A DNA stretch of 64,000 nucleotides from positions 89,540-153,539 of IMG/VR virus record IMGVR_UViG_3300023202_000068. The stretch is one strand, 5' to 3'. The DNA comes from a virus. The position numbers and the translations under genes are program-made. Below the pieces are notes generated by a model that saw nothing but the letters and a program-made list of their open reading frames with translations, did no database searches and was not told the DNA's origin. Below, piece by piece: positions 29,544 to 39,309 of the stretch; position 1 is the first letter of the stretch, and each line of letters starts with the position of its first letter.

Positions 29544-30325
29544 TGGGACAAAGATTTTTAGAAGACAAAATTACAGCATTATCTGAGAGTTCTGGAACTA
29601 TAACTTTAGCTTCTGGGGCTAGACTTACAATTGGCGGTCAACAGTATGTTACTGCTGGAGCTTTGAATGTAGCTGCTGATTTAAGTAATGCCAATACTAG
29701 ATATCAAATATATGCGGTTAGAAACGCAGGTGCCACAGAACTAGTAGTGAGTAGTAACGAGAATTCAGTTGGTCCTGCAGGACACAACGCCTGGAAATTA
29801 GTTGGTAGTTATTACTCTAACGGAGAATCAACTGTGGCTTTTGGTAGTTTTGTTAACATTGAAGGCTCTCCAACAACAAAAGGCGGTGTTGAATTTGAAT
29901 TAGTACCCACTATTGGGACTCTTTCTTCCTCAGCAGTTATTGAGGCAGAATGGAGGCGTGAAGGGGATATATGTCAAATTATGATTAGTTTGGAAGATGC
30001 CTCTCCCACTGGAGCGTCTAATGGATCGGGAAATGTAACTTTTGAGGCACCATTTGATGCAGCCAGCATCTCTAGAAACACCTCTAATATTGGCCATGGT
30101 GTTATCACTTTTGATGATACTGCTTCAGCTAATGGGATGGCTTCTATGTTAGGGTCAAATGGGTTATGGGCAACATCTTGTTTTAAAGATAGTGGAAATG
30201 GAACTGCAGATTTTGTTGGAAATTTTAATAACAGTATTATTGATTTAACACAGTTAAATAGGTTGGGATATGAGTTGGAATATGCAGTAGATGGCTGGGA
30301 CGCAACACCAATTAAGGACTTATAA
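29543..30325 (+). CDS. Tail fibre-associated protein
   Basis: Within fibre operon; WRREGD..I beta domain resembles that in the next gene. Confidence 0.6.
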   Translation: MGQRFLEDKITALSESSGTITLASGARLTIGGQQYVTAGALNVAADLSNANTRYQIYAVRNAGATELVVSSNENSVGPAGHNAWKLVGSYYSNGESTVAFGSFVNIEGSPTTKGGVEFELVPTIGTLSSSAVIEAEWRREGDICQIMISLEDASPTGASNGSGNVTFEAPFDAASISRNTSNIGHGVITFDDTASANGMASMLGSNGLWATSCFKDSGNGTADFVGNFNNSIIDLTQLNRLGYELEYAVDGWDATPIKDL

Positions 30326-31674
30326 TGAGTATTACAGGTAAGAATACAAAATCTATTAGAAAAAAAGATGTTAAGGAAAGCAAAAGTCTTTCAAGTGGCT
30401 TTGTTAAACTTACATTTGCACATGAGGCATCTGCTGGAGAAACTGGAATTAATCTAGGCTCATTAGTAACACCTGCAAGCTGGACATCACAAGGAAACAC
30501 ACAACCATCCACACAAAGACTTCTTGAAGCCAAGCTTTTTCAATTCAAAGACAATTTAAAGATAGTTTCCTCTCTTCGTGGTGAGTTGATGAAGATTTCA
30601 TACAGAGTATCTTCTAACTCACAAATTACATTCAACGGATTTGCCGCTGAAGAAGGTGAGATATTTGAAGGAACTATAGACTCAAACCCAGTCAGTGGTA
30701 TCCAGGTAATTGATGCAAAACAGCCAGTTGCCGATGGTGATCTTGCAGATGGAGATACAGACTTCCCGATTGGCTTCACAACTAGAACTAATGCAGATCA
30801 AATTGTAGTTTTTAGAAACGGACTAGAACAAAAGAGAAACTCAAACAATAGCTCAACCGTTACAGACGGCAACTACTACGTTGTAGACAACGGCTCTGGA
30901 TATGGGTCTCTTATTAGGTTTAACGTAGCTGCTTCTGGTTCTAACGACTATGTTAAAGTTACAGCAATCGGTGGTGTTGTAGAAAGCCCCACTAATTCAA
31001 CTTGGGATGAGCTTGAAAAAGTACAAGGTCAGATTGACGCAATTGTACCTACGGTATCTGCACTCGCAGGTGTGCCTGAAACAGACTTTCAAGCCGCACC
31101 TAATAATGTTGACCTTAGACAGTTTGGTGCTGTTTTGAATGGGCTTCTAGATGTAAGAGTTCCTATTGTTTCAGATTGGGTTAGCTTTACACCAACTGGT
31201 ACATGGACTAATACGACATACAGCGGAAGATGGAGACAGGTTTTAGATCACTACGAAATTGAGTATGAAATAGATATTACCGGAGCACCTGCTGGTGGAA
31301 TTCAAGACCTATCAATCCCGGTAGGTGAAAACATTGACTTTACGGGTCTAGCTTATTCAGATATAGGAATTAGTGTTGGTTGGGGCACCAGTACAGCAAA
31401 TGCGCAGTCTTCAGGATTTAATATATATGGCTACATAAATTCAGGATTTGGTGATATTGTAAGGCTTAGAGCTGAAAGAATTGACGTGAATGGACCAAAT
31501 GGTGAAGAAACCCCTAGGGAAGACAATTTAGGTAGCGGTGGATATGAAATGAACAGTGTATCTAACAACTGGAATTCAAATGACAAGATAAGCCTAAAAG
31601 TGACTATACCTATACAAGGTCTCAATTCACACCAAACTCTTAAAGAGCACCTAGAAGATAAGGGGATTTTATAA
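30325..31674 (+). CDS. Tail fibre-associated protein
   Basis: VFRNGLEQ module; C-terminal SDWVSFTPT...GRWRQV...IPIQG domain. Confidence 0.6.
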   Translation: MSITGKNTKSIRKKDVKESKSLSSGFVKLTFAHEASAGETGINLGSLVTPASWTSQGNTQPSTQRLLEAKLFQFKDNLKIVSSLRGELMKISYRVSSNSQITFNGFAAEEGEIFEGTIDSNPVSGIQVIDAKQPVADGDLADGDTDFPIGFTTRTNADQIVVFRNGLEQKRNSNNSSTVTDGNYYVVDNGSGYGSLIRFNVAASGSNDYVKVTAIGGVVESPTNSTWDELEKVQGQIDAIVPTVSALAGVPETDFQAAPNNVDLRQFGAVLNGLLDVRVPIVSDWVSFTPTGTWTNTTYSGRWRQVLDHYEIEYEIDITGAPAGGIQDLSIPVGENIDFTGLAYSDIGISVGWGTSTANAQSSGFNIYGYINSGFGDIVRLRAERIDVNGPNGEETPREDNLGSGGYEMNSVSNNWNSNDKISLKVTIPIQGLNSHQTLKEHLEDKGIL

Positions 31675-32171
31675 TGGCTTTGATAAAAATACCGATAATT
31701 AATGAAGTAAAAATAGATGCAAGCCAAGTCGGTGACGTTGTAGAGTCTATGCTTACTGAAACTCAGTTTCAAGCTATAAGAGGCAGCAACTGGGTATTAA
31801 TGGATGGGAGAAATGTTGCAGGTACTACTTATGCAAATATCACAGGTAATAGCACAATTCCAGATGCTAGAGGTGTTGCACTAAGAGGTAAGAACAACGG
31901 CAGATCTAATTCTACTGGAAACCAAAGTGGCGATTTAGCATTAGGCACTTATCAAGCAGATGAATTTGAATCACACGATCACATTATGAACGGTGAGTAT
32001 TTTAACTCTACTGGGGCTGCTGCAGGAAACCAATACAATAATCCAAGTAAGGTATCAGGTGGGGCAGGTGCCACTAACTTTACTTTTAACAGGAATGCAA
32101 TGGAATCTGAGGGCGGCAACGAAACCAGAATGCGTAACATTACCGTTAACATTTTTATAAAGGTAGACTAA
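31674..32171 (+). CDS. Phage tail collar domain protein
   Basis: WVLMDG......Y...IPDARGVALRG...GTYQAD.F.SH.H...G.ETR.RNI.VN.FIK. Confidence 0.8.
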   Translation: MALIKIPIINEVKIDASQVGDVVESMLTETQFQAIRGSNWVLMDGRNVAGTTYANITGNSTIPDARGVALRGKNNGRSNSTGNQSGDLALGTYQADEFESHDHIMNGEYFNSTGAAAGNQYNNPSKVSGGAGATNFTFNRNAMESEGGNETRMRNITVNIFIKVD

Positions 32172-32172
32172 T

Positions 32173-33276
32173 ATGAGCTTGACACCGAGACTGGATAAAT
32201 TAGATCAAAACCTGCTAATTAATGGCAACTTCGCCTTTAATCAAAGAGGCGATGATACGAATGTAGACGACAATAGGTATGTATTGGATCGCTGGATTAT
32301 TCAAAGAGAGAGTGCAGCTTCAACTATTTTAGAGGTTACACAAGAAAGCGGTGATGTACCATTAAATTCTAATAGTAGACATTCAATGAAAGTAAATGTT
32401 GGCACTGCATCTGGCGCACCGGCAATAGCAGCTAGAAGAGTTAAGCTTTCTCAATATGTTGAAGGACATATGATGCCTCAAGTAATAGGTAAAAGAGCTA
32501 AGTTAAGATTTTGGGTTAAGTCAAATCTAGCACAGACTTTTGCCTTCGGCATAAGGTCAAACGGCTCTGGGGTGCACTATTTTTTAACAGAGTACACTAT
32601 CAATGCAGCAGATACTTGGGAGTTGAAAGAAATATTACTTCCAGAGTTTGTTTCGTCTATTGATTGGCAGGCAAATACAAACAATAGAGCAGCACTTTTT
32701 GATTGGGCTTTAGATGTGGGTACAGATTTTCATGGCGCAACAAACACGGCTTTTCAACCAGGAACTGCTCAAGCTCCGACAGGCTATGACACTCAGTTCT
32801 GTGATACTTTAAATAACTACATGCAAATCGCAGATGTAGTAGTTATGCCATATGAGATTAACTCACCGGCTCCAGGTATTGAAGGGTTTACATACGCTGG
32901 TAGAAACTATATGGAAGAATTTCAGCTTTGTCAAAGATATCTATATGTTCCGTATGATCCCGAAGTAGGGTCAATACAACACATCGGTCACGGTAGAAAC
33001 TTTGCGAGCAATCAGGGTAATATATCTTTAGAGTTTCCAGTAAAAATGAGAGCTGTCCCAACTTTGATTACAGGAGGAACAATTTCTGATTTTAAGGCCC
33101 ATAATGGAACAGGTTCGGGTGACATTAGTATAACCAGTTTTACCCAAGGAAACACAGGGCCCTTAAGGTCGAATATAAATGTATTCGCTTCTCCAATGAA
33201 TGCTGGAGGGGCCTGTACTACCAGAAGAATCCCCACAGGCACTCCAGGCTTTTTATACTTTGACGCAGAACTATAA
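32173..33276 (+). CDS. Tail fibre / carbohydrate-binding-like protein, paralogue 2
   Basis: NLLINGNF...QRG...DRW...EEFQLCQRY...FDAEL. Confidence 0.7.
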   Translation: MSLTPRLDKLDQNLLINGNFAFNQRGDDTNVDDNRYVLDRWIIQRESAASTILEVTQESGDVPLNSNSRHSMKVNVGTASGAPAIAARRVKLSQYVEGHMMPQVIGKRAKLRFWVKSNLAQTFAFGIRSNGSGVHYFLTEYTINAADTWELKEILLPEFVSSIDWQANTNNRAALFDWALDVGTDFHGATNTAFQPGTAQAPTGYDTQFCDTLNNYMQIADVVVMPYEINSPAPGIEGFTYAGRNYMEEFQLCQRYLYVPYDPEVGSIQHIGHGRNFASNQGNISLEFPVKMRAVPTLITGGTISDFKAHNGTGSGDISITSFTQGNTGPLRSNINVFASPMNAGGACTTRRIPTGTPGFLYFDAEL

Positions 33277-33285
33277 GGAATTATT

Positions 33286-34308
33286 ATGGCTAAAACACCA
33301 GAAATTGACTTAAGACAAGATTATCAAAGAAACTATATTATCAATGGTAATTTTGACTTTTGGCAAAGAGGAACAGGGCCTATTTCTGTATCCGGTGCGG
33401 CCAACCCTACCTATGCTGCTGATAGATTCTTTATAGCAGGTAATGGTGCTAGTGCTGTTGAAATGAATAGGTCTACAGACATACCTACAGAAGCTGAATC
33501 TAAATTTCAATCAAACTATTCCCTATTTGTAGATGTAACTACGGCAGACGCATCACCGACATCGGGAGATCGCAGGTGGATGGGATACAGAGTTGAAGGT
33601 ACTGACATGCAGGGGTTACTTGGCAAAAACATATCTGTATCTTTTTGGGTAAAGGCCACTAAGGCTGGGATTAATTCTTTGGCGTTTAGAAATCAATCTA
33701 CAGATAGATCATACGTAGCCGAATACACCATCAACTCTCCAAATACTTGGGAAAATAAAGTTATAACTATCCCTTTCGTAAACTCAGGATCTTGGGATGT
33801 AGATAACACATTGGGGTTGGAAATAGCATGGCCATTAATGCCGGATGCTGCGCTTGAAACATCAACCATTGGTGAGTGGCAAAGTGGGAACTTTTTAGCA
33901 TCTTCAAATCAAGTAAATCACATGGACAGCACCGCTAACGAATTCAGAATCGCACAAGTTCAACTTATAGAAGGGTCTGAAGATCTTCCGTTTAGGAGAG
34001 CTGGTAGGAACATTGGTGAAGAATTTTCAATGTGCCAAAGATACTTTCAGAAAGTGGTAGGTCGTTGGTATGGAGTTGCTCCAAATACAGGTAGAACTAG
34101 AAACAATGTTACTTACGCTACCCAAATGAGGGCTATACCTACAGCAACAAAAGACGCAGCACTATCAACAAATAGCACAAGGTATCCTGCTGGAAATTCT
34201 GAAGTAGCAAACATAGATGAATCTTCAGTCATGACTCGTTGGATTCCCAACAGTACTGGTGGAAATGATGGGTGGTCTTTATTTCTTGATTTAGAAGCAG
34301 AACTTTAA
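33286..34308 (+). CDS. Tail fibre / carbohydrate-binding-like protein, paralogue 3
   Basis: NYIINGNFDFWQRG...ADRF...EEFSMCQRYF...LEAEL. Confidence 0.7.
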   Translation: MAKTPEIDLRQDYQRNYIINGNFDFWQRGTGPISVSGAANPTYAADRFFIAGNGASAVEMNRSTDIPTEAESKFQSNYSLFVDVTTADASPTSGDRRWMGYRVEGTDMQGLLGKNISVSFWVKATKAGINSLAFRNQSTDRSYVAEYTINSPNTWENKVITIPFVNSGSWDVDNTLGLEIAWPLMPDAALETSTIGEWQSGNFLASSNQVNHMDSTANEFRIAQVQLIEGSEDLPFRRAGRNIGEEFSMCQRYFQKVVGRWYGVAPNTGRTRNNVTYATQMRAIPTATKDAALSTNSTRYPAGNSEVANIDESSVMTRWIPNSTGGNDGWSLFLDLEAEL

Positions 34309-34356
34309 CCTTATACAAAATAAGTAAATGGCAAAATTAGCCAGAAGGAGAATAAA

Positions 34357-34986
34357 ATGGCAAGAATAGCAATTGTAATGAAAGTAACACAAGGACCTTG
34401 GACTGAAGGTCAAATCGCAACATGGTATGACGCAGAAGCACCTAATCAAAAAGGATATGGTGGACCATGGGGTAACGCCTCTATGTCTGAACACGTTCAA
34501 CTAGGTGAAGGTCTAGATGAGAGAAAAGTTGTTTCAGAACTAGTTCCAGATACATGGACTAAAGAGGGTGAAAGCGATGTTACTGAAGACCCAAATGATC
34601 TAGAGTGGACATTTGTTCCAGAACATTATGCACTAGTAGAGGATGCGACTAAGGCTTCTGAAGTAGACGCTGCCGACGCAGACGCTGCCGTAAGAGGTGC
34701 TTTAAGATCAGCAATGGCTCTTGGCAATCAAATTATCGAAGACTTTGCAGCAGAGAATATTGTACTTGGAATTACTGCAGATGGAATGACTGGTGATGTT
34801 TTGACAGCTATGGCACCTGTAATGGATGCACTTAGAACTGGCTCACTTCACGAGGCAATTGCAAGAGCAAAGGCAATTCCAGCAGAAGATAAAGATGTAA
34901 AATATGTTACAGATGCAAGGTTACTTGAAGCTGTAAACAGAATGGAAGAGCACTTAGGAATTGACCCTATCTCTGCAACTCTGTAG
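34357..34986 (+). CDS. Hypothetical protein, possibly tail-fibre assembly chaperone
   Basis: AAGGAG SD; last gene of the fibre operon. Confidence 0.5.
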   Translation: MARIAIVMKVTQGPWTEGQIATWYDAEAPNQKGYGGPWGNASMSEHVQLGEGLDERKVVSELVPDTWTKEGESDVTEDPNDLEWTFVPEHYALVEDATKASEVDAADADAAVRGALRSAMALGNQIIEDFAAENIVLGITADGMTGDVLTAMAPVMDALRTGSLHEAIARAKAIPAEDKDVKYVTDARLLEAVNRMEEHLGIDPISATL

Positions 34987-34987
34987 G

Positions 34988-35833
34988 TTACACTGTCATC
35001 TTAAGAGATTTTAAATATAAAGGTTTATACTTAATATCAAGGCTGAAATCATCAGCCTTGAATTTTTTTGAGGTCGGCTTATATATAAGGTTAGGGATTT
35101 CGTAAGTACCTTTTTTAGGATTTAGCTTGTTTGCCATCTCCTTAACGTCAGGTTCGTGATTTGGGTACACATGACAGTCCCCACCAATCCATGTAAAAGT
35201 TCCAGGCTTTCTCCCAGACCGATGGGATAAATAAAGCATAAGAGCCCAGTACTGAATCCAATTATGCGGTACACCGAGAACCATATCACAACTTCTTTGA
35301 TACATAGTAAGGTGAACAGAGTCGTTGGACGGCTCTACAAAGGCTTGTATCACGGTACCATGGCAATTTGTAATCGGAGTATTTGCATCCAACATGTCTG
35401 CAGTGTTCCACGTGGTAATTACGTTTCTGCGACTTCCAGGGTCATTGGTTAAAGTATCAATCATATATTCAACTTGATCTACGCTGTTGCTAATGCCAAA
35501 GAAATTTCTGAGCTGTCTTGAGTAGTTATTTGGGATAAACCCGTCATTATCAGCCCAAGGCTTCCACCAGCTATGTACTTTCTTATCCAAGTCATTGATA
35601 TTGTTACTGCCAGATAAAAACCACTCAAACTCTCTAAGTGCATTTTTCCAAGCAGTTCTTCTGACAGTTACAAGTGGAGTCTGGGTAAAAGTTACCATAG
35701 AGTTTAAAAGACGCTTTGTTGTTGCGTTTCTCGTTTGAACTTCAGAGCCAACTTTTACGATTGAGTTCAGGTGGTGCATGAAGATCTGATCAACGGGGTT
35801 AGACCGTCTCATCGTAGAGTTAATACTACCCAT
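34988..35833 (-). CDS. thyA: Thymidylate synthase (divergent ThyA family)
   Basis: PLVT, E..WFLSG, DQ, SRR...WN, NCH catalytic Cys, YQRSCD..LGVPHN, GDCHVY.NH. Confidence 0.85.
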   Translation of the reverse strand: MGSINSTMRRSNPVDQIFMHHLNSIVKVGSEVQTRNATTKRLLNSMVTFTQTPLVTVRRTAWKNALREFEWFLSGSNNINDLDKKVHSWWKPWADNDGFIPNNYSRQLRNFFGISNSVDQVEYMIDTLTNDPGSRRNVITTWNTADMLDANTPITNCHGTVIQAFVEPSNDSVHLTMYQRSCDMVLGVPHNWIQYWALMLYLSHRSGRKPGTFTWIGGDCHVYPNHEPDVKEMANKLNPKKGTYEIPNLIYKPTSKKFKADDFSLDIKYKPLYLKSLKMTV

Positions 35834-36002
35834 TAGAAACCTCAGTCAAGTCGCCTTCTAAAGAAAAGCTGAAGTAAACACCTGCAGTTGTTTCGATAAA
35901 CAAGGTGTCTTTTTCTTCATTGTCTAGCTCTTCGAAGTCGATCTCCGCTTTTTCCAGTAAATTTCTAATAACCTCTAGGTCTGTAGATACTACTGCACTC
36001 AT
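35826..36002 (-). CDS. Small acidic hypothetical protein (58 aa, not in ORF track)
   Basis: ATGA overlap with upstream gene, GGAGG SD; MSAVVSTDLEVIRNLLEK...EVSNG. Confidence 0.6.
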   Translation of the reverse strand: MSAVVSTDLEVIRNLLEKAEIDFEELDNEEKDTLFIETTAGVYFSFSLEGDLTEVSNG

Positions 36003-36961
36003 ACCCTATCCTCCTTTAAAATAGATTGAATCGCCTCTTGCGTAACTTTTCTTGTTTGTCCTAAACTAATTCTAATAGTTTCATGATCTAACTGTGTATA
36101 TATTACACCAGCATTCTTTAAAATATCAAGTGCTTTAGAGTCTGGCTTTACACACCAAAACATACCTACATTTGGTATCTCTTGACCATCGAATAAGTGC
36201 ATAATTTCCTGCATATCTTCCTTGTTATCTGCCAAGGCGTAGTGTCCACGTCTGATAAACTGATCTAAGTCTATGGTGCTAAGAATATTCATCACTAAGA
36301 GCTGGCTAGGCTGCGATATGGTCACCGTATCGGCCCTTAAGACGGTGCTAACTTCACCGTATAGGTTATCACTATTAGTGGCAAACCACCCAATACGAGC
36401 CCCAGGAATACCTAAGAGCTTGCTTGTAGAGCCTATCATGGCATCGTGCTTTGGATACTTGTTTAAGTCTGCGTTGTAAATCTTACTGTGATAAACAGCG
36501 TCCCAATAAACAATCCCACTATCCTTTGTGCTTTGATTACCCATGGGGTTACCAGGAGAATCAATCAGATAAAATATCTTATCGTTTTTTTCCATGTCGG
36601 ACATTAAGGGACCGTTTTTAACACGCATGAGGTTTGAATACTTAACCATGTTGTCATAGAGTGGGTAGCCATACTTGTTCATCCCAACCCACCCGTAACC
36701 TTCTTCTTTGGAGTATCTGAAAACACAGTTAATAGCGTGAGTGGCTCCAGCAGTAATTAATACATGTTTATACTCAAATCCAGTGGTGGTCTTAATTACG
36801 TCTTTAATTTGATCTTGTAAGACTTTAAAGCCTTCAGTAGAGCCGTAATCTAAGTGTCCTGTGTCTGGTCCCATAATCACAGGTCCAACCATACTTCCCA
36901 TTAGCTCCATTAAAAAGTAAGGATTACCCCAGCCCAGATCAAAGGTCTTTTTCTTGTCCAC
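35999..36961 (-). CDS. PLP-dependent fold-type I enzyme (class I/II aminotransferase; alliinase/TAA1-like)
   Basis: DLGWGNP, GAT.AI, SPGNPMG, DAVY, GSTSKLLGIPGARIGW (PLP Lys), RISL. Confidence 0.8.
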   Translation of the reverse strand: MDKKKTFDLGWGNPYFLMELMGSMVGPVIMGPDTGHLDYGSTEGFKVLQDQIKDVIKTTTGFEYKHVLITAGATHAINCVFRYSKEEGYGWVGMNKYGYPLYDNMVKYSNLMRVKNGPLMSDMEKNDKIFYLIDSPGNPMGNQSTKDSGIVYWDAVYHSKIYNADLNKYPKHDAMIGSTSKLLGIPGARIGWFATNSDNLYGEVSTVLRADTVTISQPSQLLVMNILSTIDLDQFIRRGHYALADNKEDMQEIMHLFDGQEIPNVGMFWCVKPDSKALDILKNAGVIYTQLDHETIRISLGQTRKVTQEAIQSILKEDRV

Positions 36962-37445
36962 TCGCCTTCTCCTTCATCTCTTTAACGACAACATCCACCT
37001 CTCTTAAGTGAAACTGCTTCTTAATGTCAAAGATCTTTTCAACCAACTCTTCCATAGCCTCGTTTGTCATATCATGAGCCTTAGCAAGGTCAGCTACCTT
37101 TTCGTTCCTGTAAGTCTTATACCTTTTGTCCCTGTCGAGATCAGATAACATCTGTCTTAAAACATGCGGTACTATGTAATCTTTCCACTCAGGAACCCAA
37201 CCTGTTTTTTTACAAACCTTAACCATCTTGCCAGCTATCGGCAAATCAATCCACTCGTGCAAGTCACCATTCTTTATCATTTCATCGCGCTTTTTATTTA
37301 ACTCATTATACGTGGCTTTAGCTTGCATTTGAATTTGAAACATTTTCAAAGCAACAATAGATCTCTTTAAGAAGAAGAAAAACATGTAGAAGAGAAAGCC
37401 CATCATGGCTGCAGACATTAAAATTAAACTAGTAAGTTCGTCCAT
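36939..37445 (-). CDS. Hypothetical membrane-anchored protein
   Basis: N-terminal TM helix; operon packing. Confidence 0.65.
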   Translation of the reverse strand: MDELTSLILMSAAMMGFLFYMFFFFLKRSIVALKMFQIQMQAKATYNELNKKRDEMIKNGDLHEWIDLPIAGKMVKVCKKTGWVPEWKDYIVPHVLRQMLSDLDRDKRYKTYRNEKVADLAKAHDMTNEAMEELVEKIFDIKKQFHLREVDVVVKEMKEKASGQEKDL

Positions 37446-38074
37446 TATACCACCTCGTCAATTACGCCATGCTCTAAGCACTCATCTGCAAACAAGAAAT
37501 GGTCTAGGTGTTTTCCAAACTCAAGCCAAAATTCCTTAGGCTTATTGCTCATCTCACCCATCCACTTAGCCCACAACTCTTCTTCCCTATCAGCTTGACC
37601 TACGTAGTTCTTAATTTCTGAATGTCTACCACCCACGTCGTAGCTAGACTCATGGTGCATGAAGGTCGCATATTCACTCATTTTCCTAGCATCACCACAG
37701 GCTAGAATAATAGTAGCTGCAGACATAATACAACCATACCCTACAGTGGTAATGTAGCACTTTGAACTTTTCAACCTACCAACAATAGCCAGGGCTTCGT
37801 ATACAGACCCACCTTCTGAGAAAATCTTAATCGTAACACCTTTTTTACTACCACGCTCAAACTCACTCATGGCGGCATCTATAATGTCAAACATTGGATA
37901 CTCGATAGGTCCAGTCAGTGTGATAGTTCTATCTTTAAAGTTCACACCTCTGTCAAATAGATATTCAAGATGCATAGCGGTTTGAGACAGCTTAGTATCT
38001 GTAGCCTTGACAGCAGAAAATACGTTAGAGTTCCTTTGCGGATTTGGTCGTTTTGTTTTATGTTTCATATTCAC
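37445..38074 (-). CDS. clpP: ClpP-like serine protease (peptidase S14)
   Basis: RTITLTGPI, SEGGSV..ALAI, G.IMSAA..IL..G, FMHH, D.FL.A.ECLEHG.IDEV. Confidence 0.88.
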   Translation of the reverse strand: MNMKHKTKRPNPQRNSNVFSAVKATDTKLSQTAMHLEYLFDRGVNFKDRTITLTGPIEYPMFDIIDAAMSEFERGSKKGVTIKIFSEGGSVYEALAIVGRLKSSKCYITTVGYGCIMSAATIILACGDARKMSEYATFMHHESSYDVGGRHSEIKNYVGQADREEELWAKWMGEMSNKPKEFWLEFGKHLDHFLFADECLEHGVIDEVV

Positions 38075-38922
38075 CTGTCTTTATACGCTGATCTAATGCA
38101 GTTAAGTAGTTCGCTTTTTTTGAAATCATTAGACTCAACAAAATACTTATCACATATACCTTCAGCAGTTTCTGGGCTTACTCCGTTAAGAGCCATAAAG
38201 CTCGCAACACTAAACCAAGACTCGTTTCTGTTTTCCTGAACCCCTTCTCTTAGTCTTTGTAATTTTTTTATAACAGAAATGGGGAGTTCAGATTCCCCAA
38301 TTAGTTTATCATACTCTTTTATCTTCGGTTTTGCAATAACTGGTTTTTTATCAATATGCTGAGCTAGCCAGTTGTTTACGTCATCTTGTGTCACTCTACC
38401 ACCTATTTCTATAAGAGCTTGCATCATAGCTTTACCATTTTTTCTACGATTACCTGGAAATCTTACACCTCTAGATGGAGTCTTATTTTGCTGATCTGCC
38501 ATCTTAAGTACATTTAATATCCATTGATTCACAAAGCGCCATACGTTTTCACCATAGTCTTGATCTACCGCAATTACAAAGTGAACAGACTTATTGCCTG
38601 AAAACACACACGCAGAGTAGGGTATCCCACTATCCTTTATATACTTAACCTGCTCTATAGCCTCACCCTCGTCAAGCTCGATCATAAAATTACGATGAGC
38701 TGTGACGTTAGAGTCTCTTTTGTATCCGTTTATAGGGTTAATACCTACAAGTTGAATATCAGTCTCTGAGATCACAAAGGCTTTCTCAGGAGTTTGTAGG
38801 GGTATCCTTTCACCTATCTCATGCTGCTCAATACTGTGAGCACCATACGAACCACTGGTGACACAGATTGTCTCACCAGGATTATACAGTAGGTTTAAGA
38901 ATTGCTGTTGTTGTTCTGTCAT
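38071..38922 (-). CDS. Primase (AEP/RepB-like) with PriCT-like C-terminus
   Basis: IELD, FSGNKSVH, D...K.PSR..RFPG, RNESWF...IRSAY; close to the helicase. Confidence 0.75.
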   Translation of the reverse strand: MTEQQQQFLNLLYNPGETICVTSGSYGAHSIEQHEIGERIPLQTPEKAFVISETDIQLVGINPINGYKRDSNVTAHRNFMIELDEGEAIEQVKYIKDSGIPYSACVFSGNKSVHFVIAVDQDYGENVWRFVNQWILNVLKMADQQNKTPSRGVRFPGNRRKNGKAMMQALIEIGGRVTQDDVNNWLAQHIDKKPVIAKPKIKEYDKLIGESELPISVIKKLQRLREGVQENRNESWFSVASFMALNGVSPETAEGICDKYFVESNDFKKSELLNCIRSAYKDR

Positions 38923-39308
38923 AGTTTTATAGTTTTCTTATATTCCTTAATTTGCTTTTCGTTTGCCTTTTGCTTCATAAGGGTGATAAAAGTCAGCGCG
39001 ATATCAGACTTAAGCCTGTCGTGGTCTGGAAACATTTGAAGGAGATCTGGCCTTGATGCTTGAAAGGCTTCCTTGAAGATAATCTTAGAGTGTCTCTTTG
39101 CAGCTCTCATGGCAAGGGAAGATCCTTTTCTGACCTCTTCGTACAAGCTCAGTCCAAACCAGAGTCTAAAGTGAATGCGAGATAGTAGGAAATACAAAGC
39201 TTGATTATCCCACTCTCGTACAATATTTTTTTGCATCTTATGGATGGTCTTTAGTAAAAACCTCTTAACAAAGCCGAACTCAGAAAGTTTGCGCTTAACT
39301 TTAGTCAT
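38919..39308 (-). CDS. Hypothetical protein
   Basis: ATG 1 nt after the helicase stop; ATGA overlap with primase. Confidence 0.6.
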   Translation of the reverse strand: MTKVKRKLSEFGFVKRFLLKTIHKMQKNIVREWDNQALYFLLSRIHFRLWFGLSLYEEVRKGSSLAMRAAKRHSKIIFKEAFQASRPDLLQMFPDHDRLKSDIALTFITLMKQKANEKQIKEYKKTIKL

Positions 39309-39309
39309 T

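Noticed and set aside
28530-34308. Diversity-generating retroelement or invertible shufflon acting on fibre genes
   Set aside because: No reverse transcriptase, no TR/VR pair differing at adenines, no invertase or inverted cassettes seen in this window
9917-34500. Numerous minus-strand ORFs of 60-170 aa inside the structural genes
   Set aside because: Antisense shadows of long + strand genes; no SDs or recognisable motifs
34988-35833. dCMP hydroxymethylase
   Set aside because: The specificity residue is Asn (GVPHN), as in dUMP-using enzymes, not Asp
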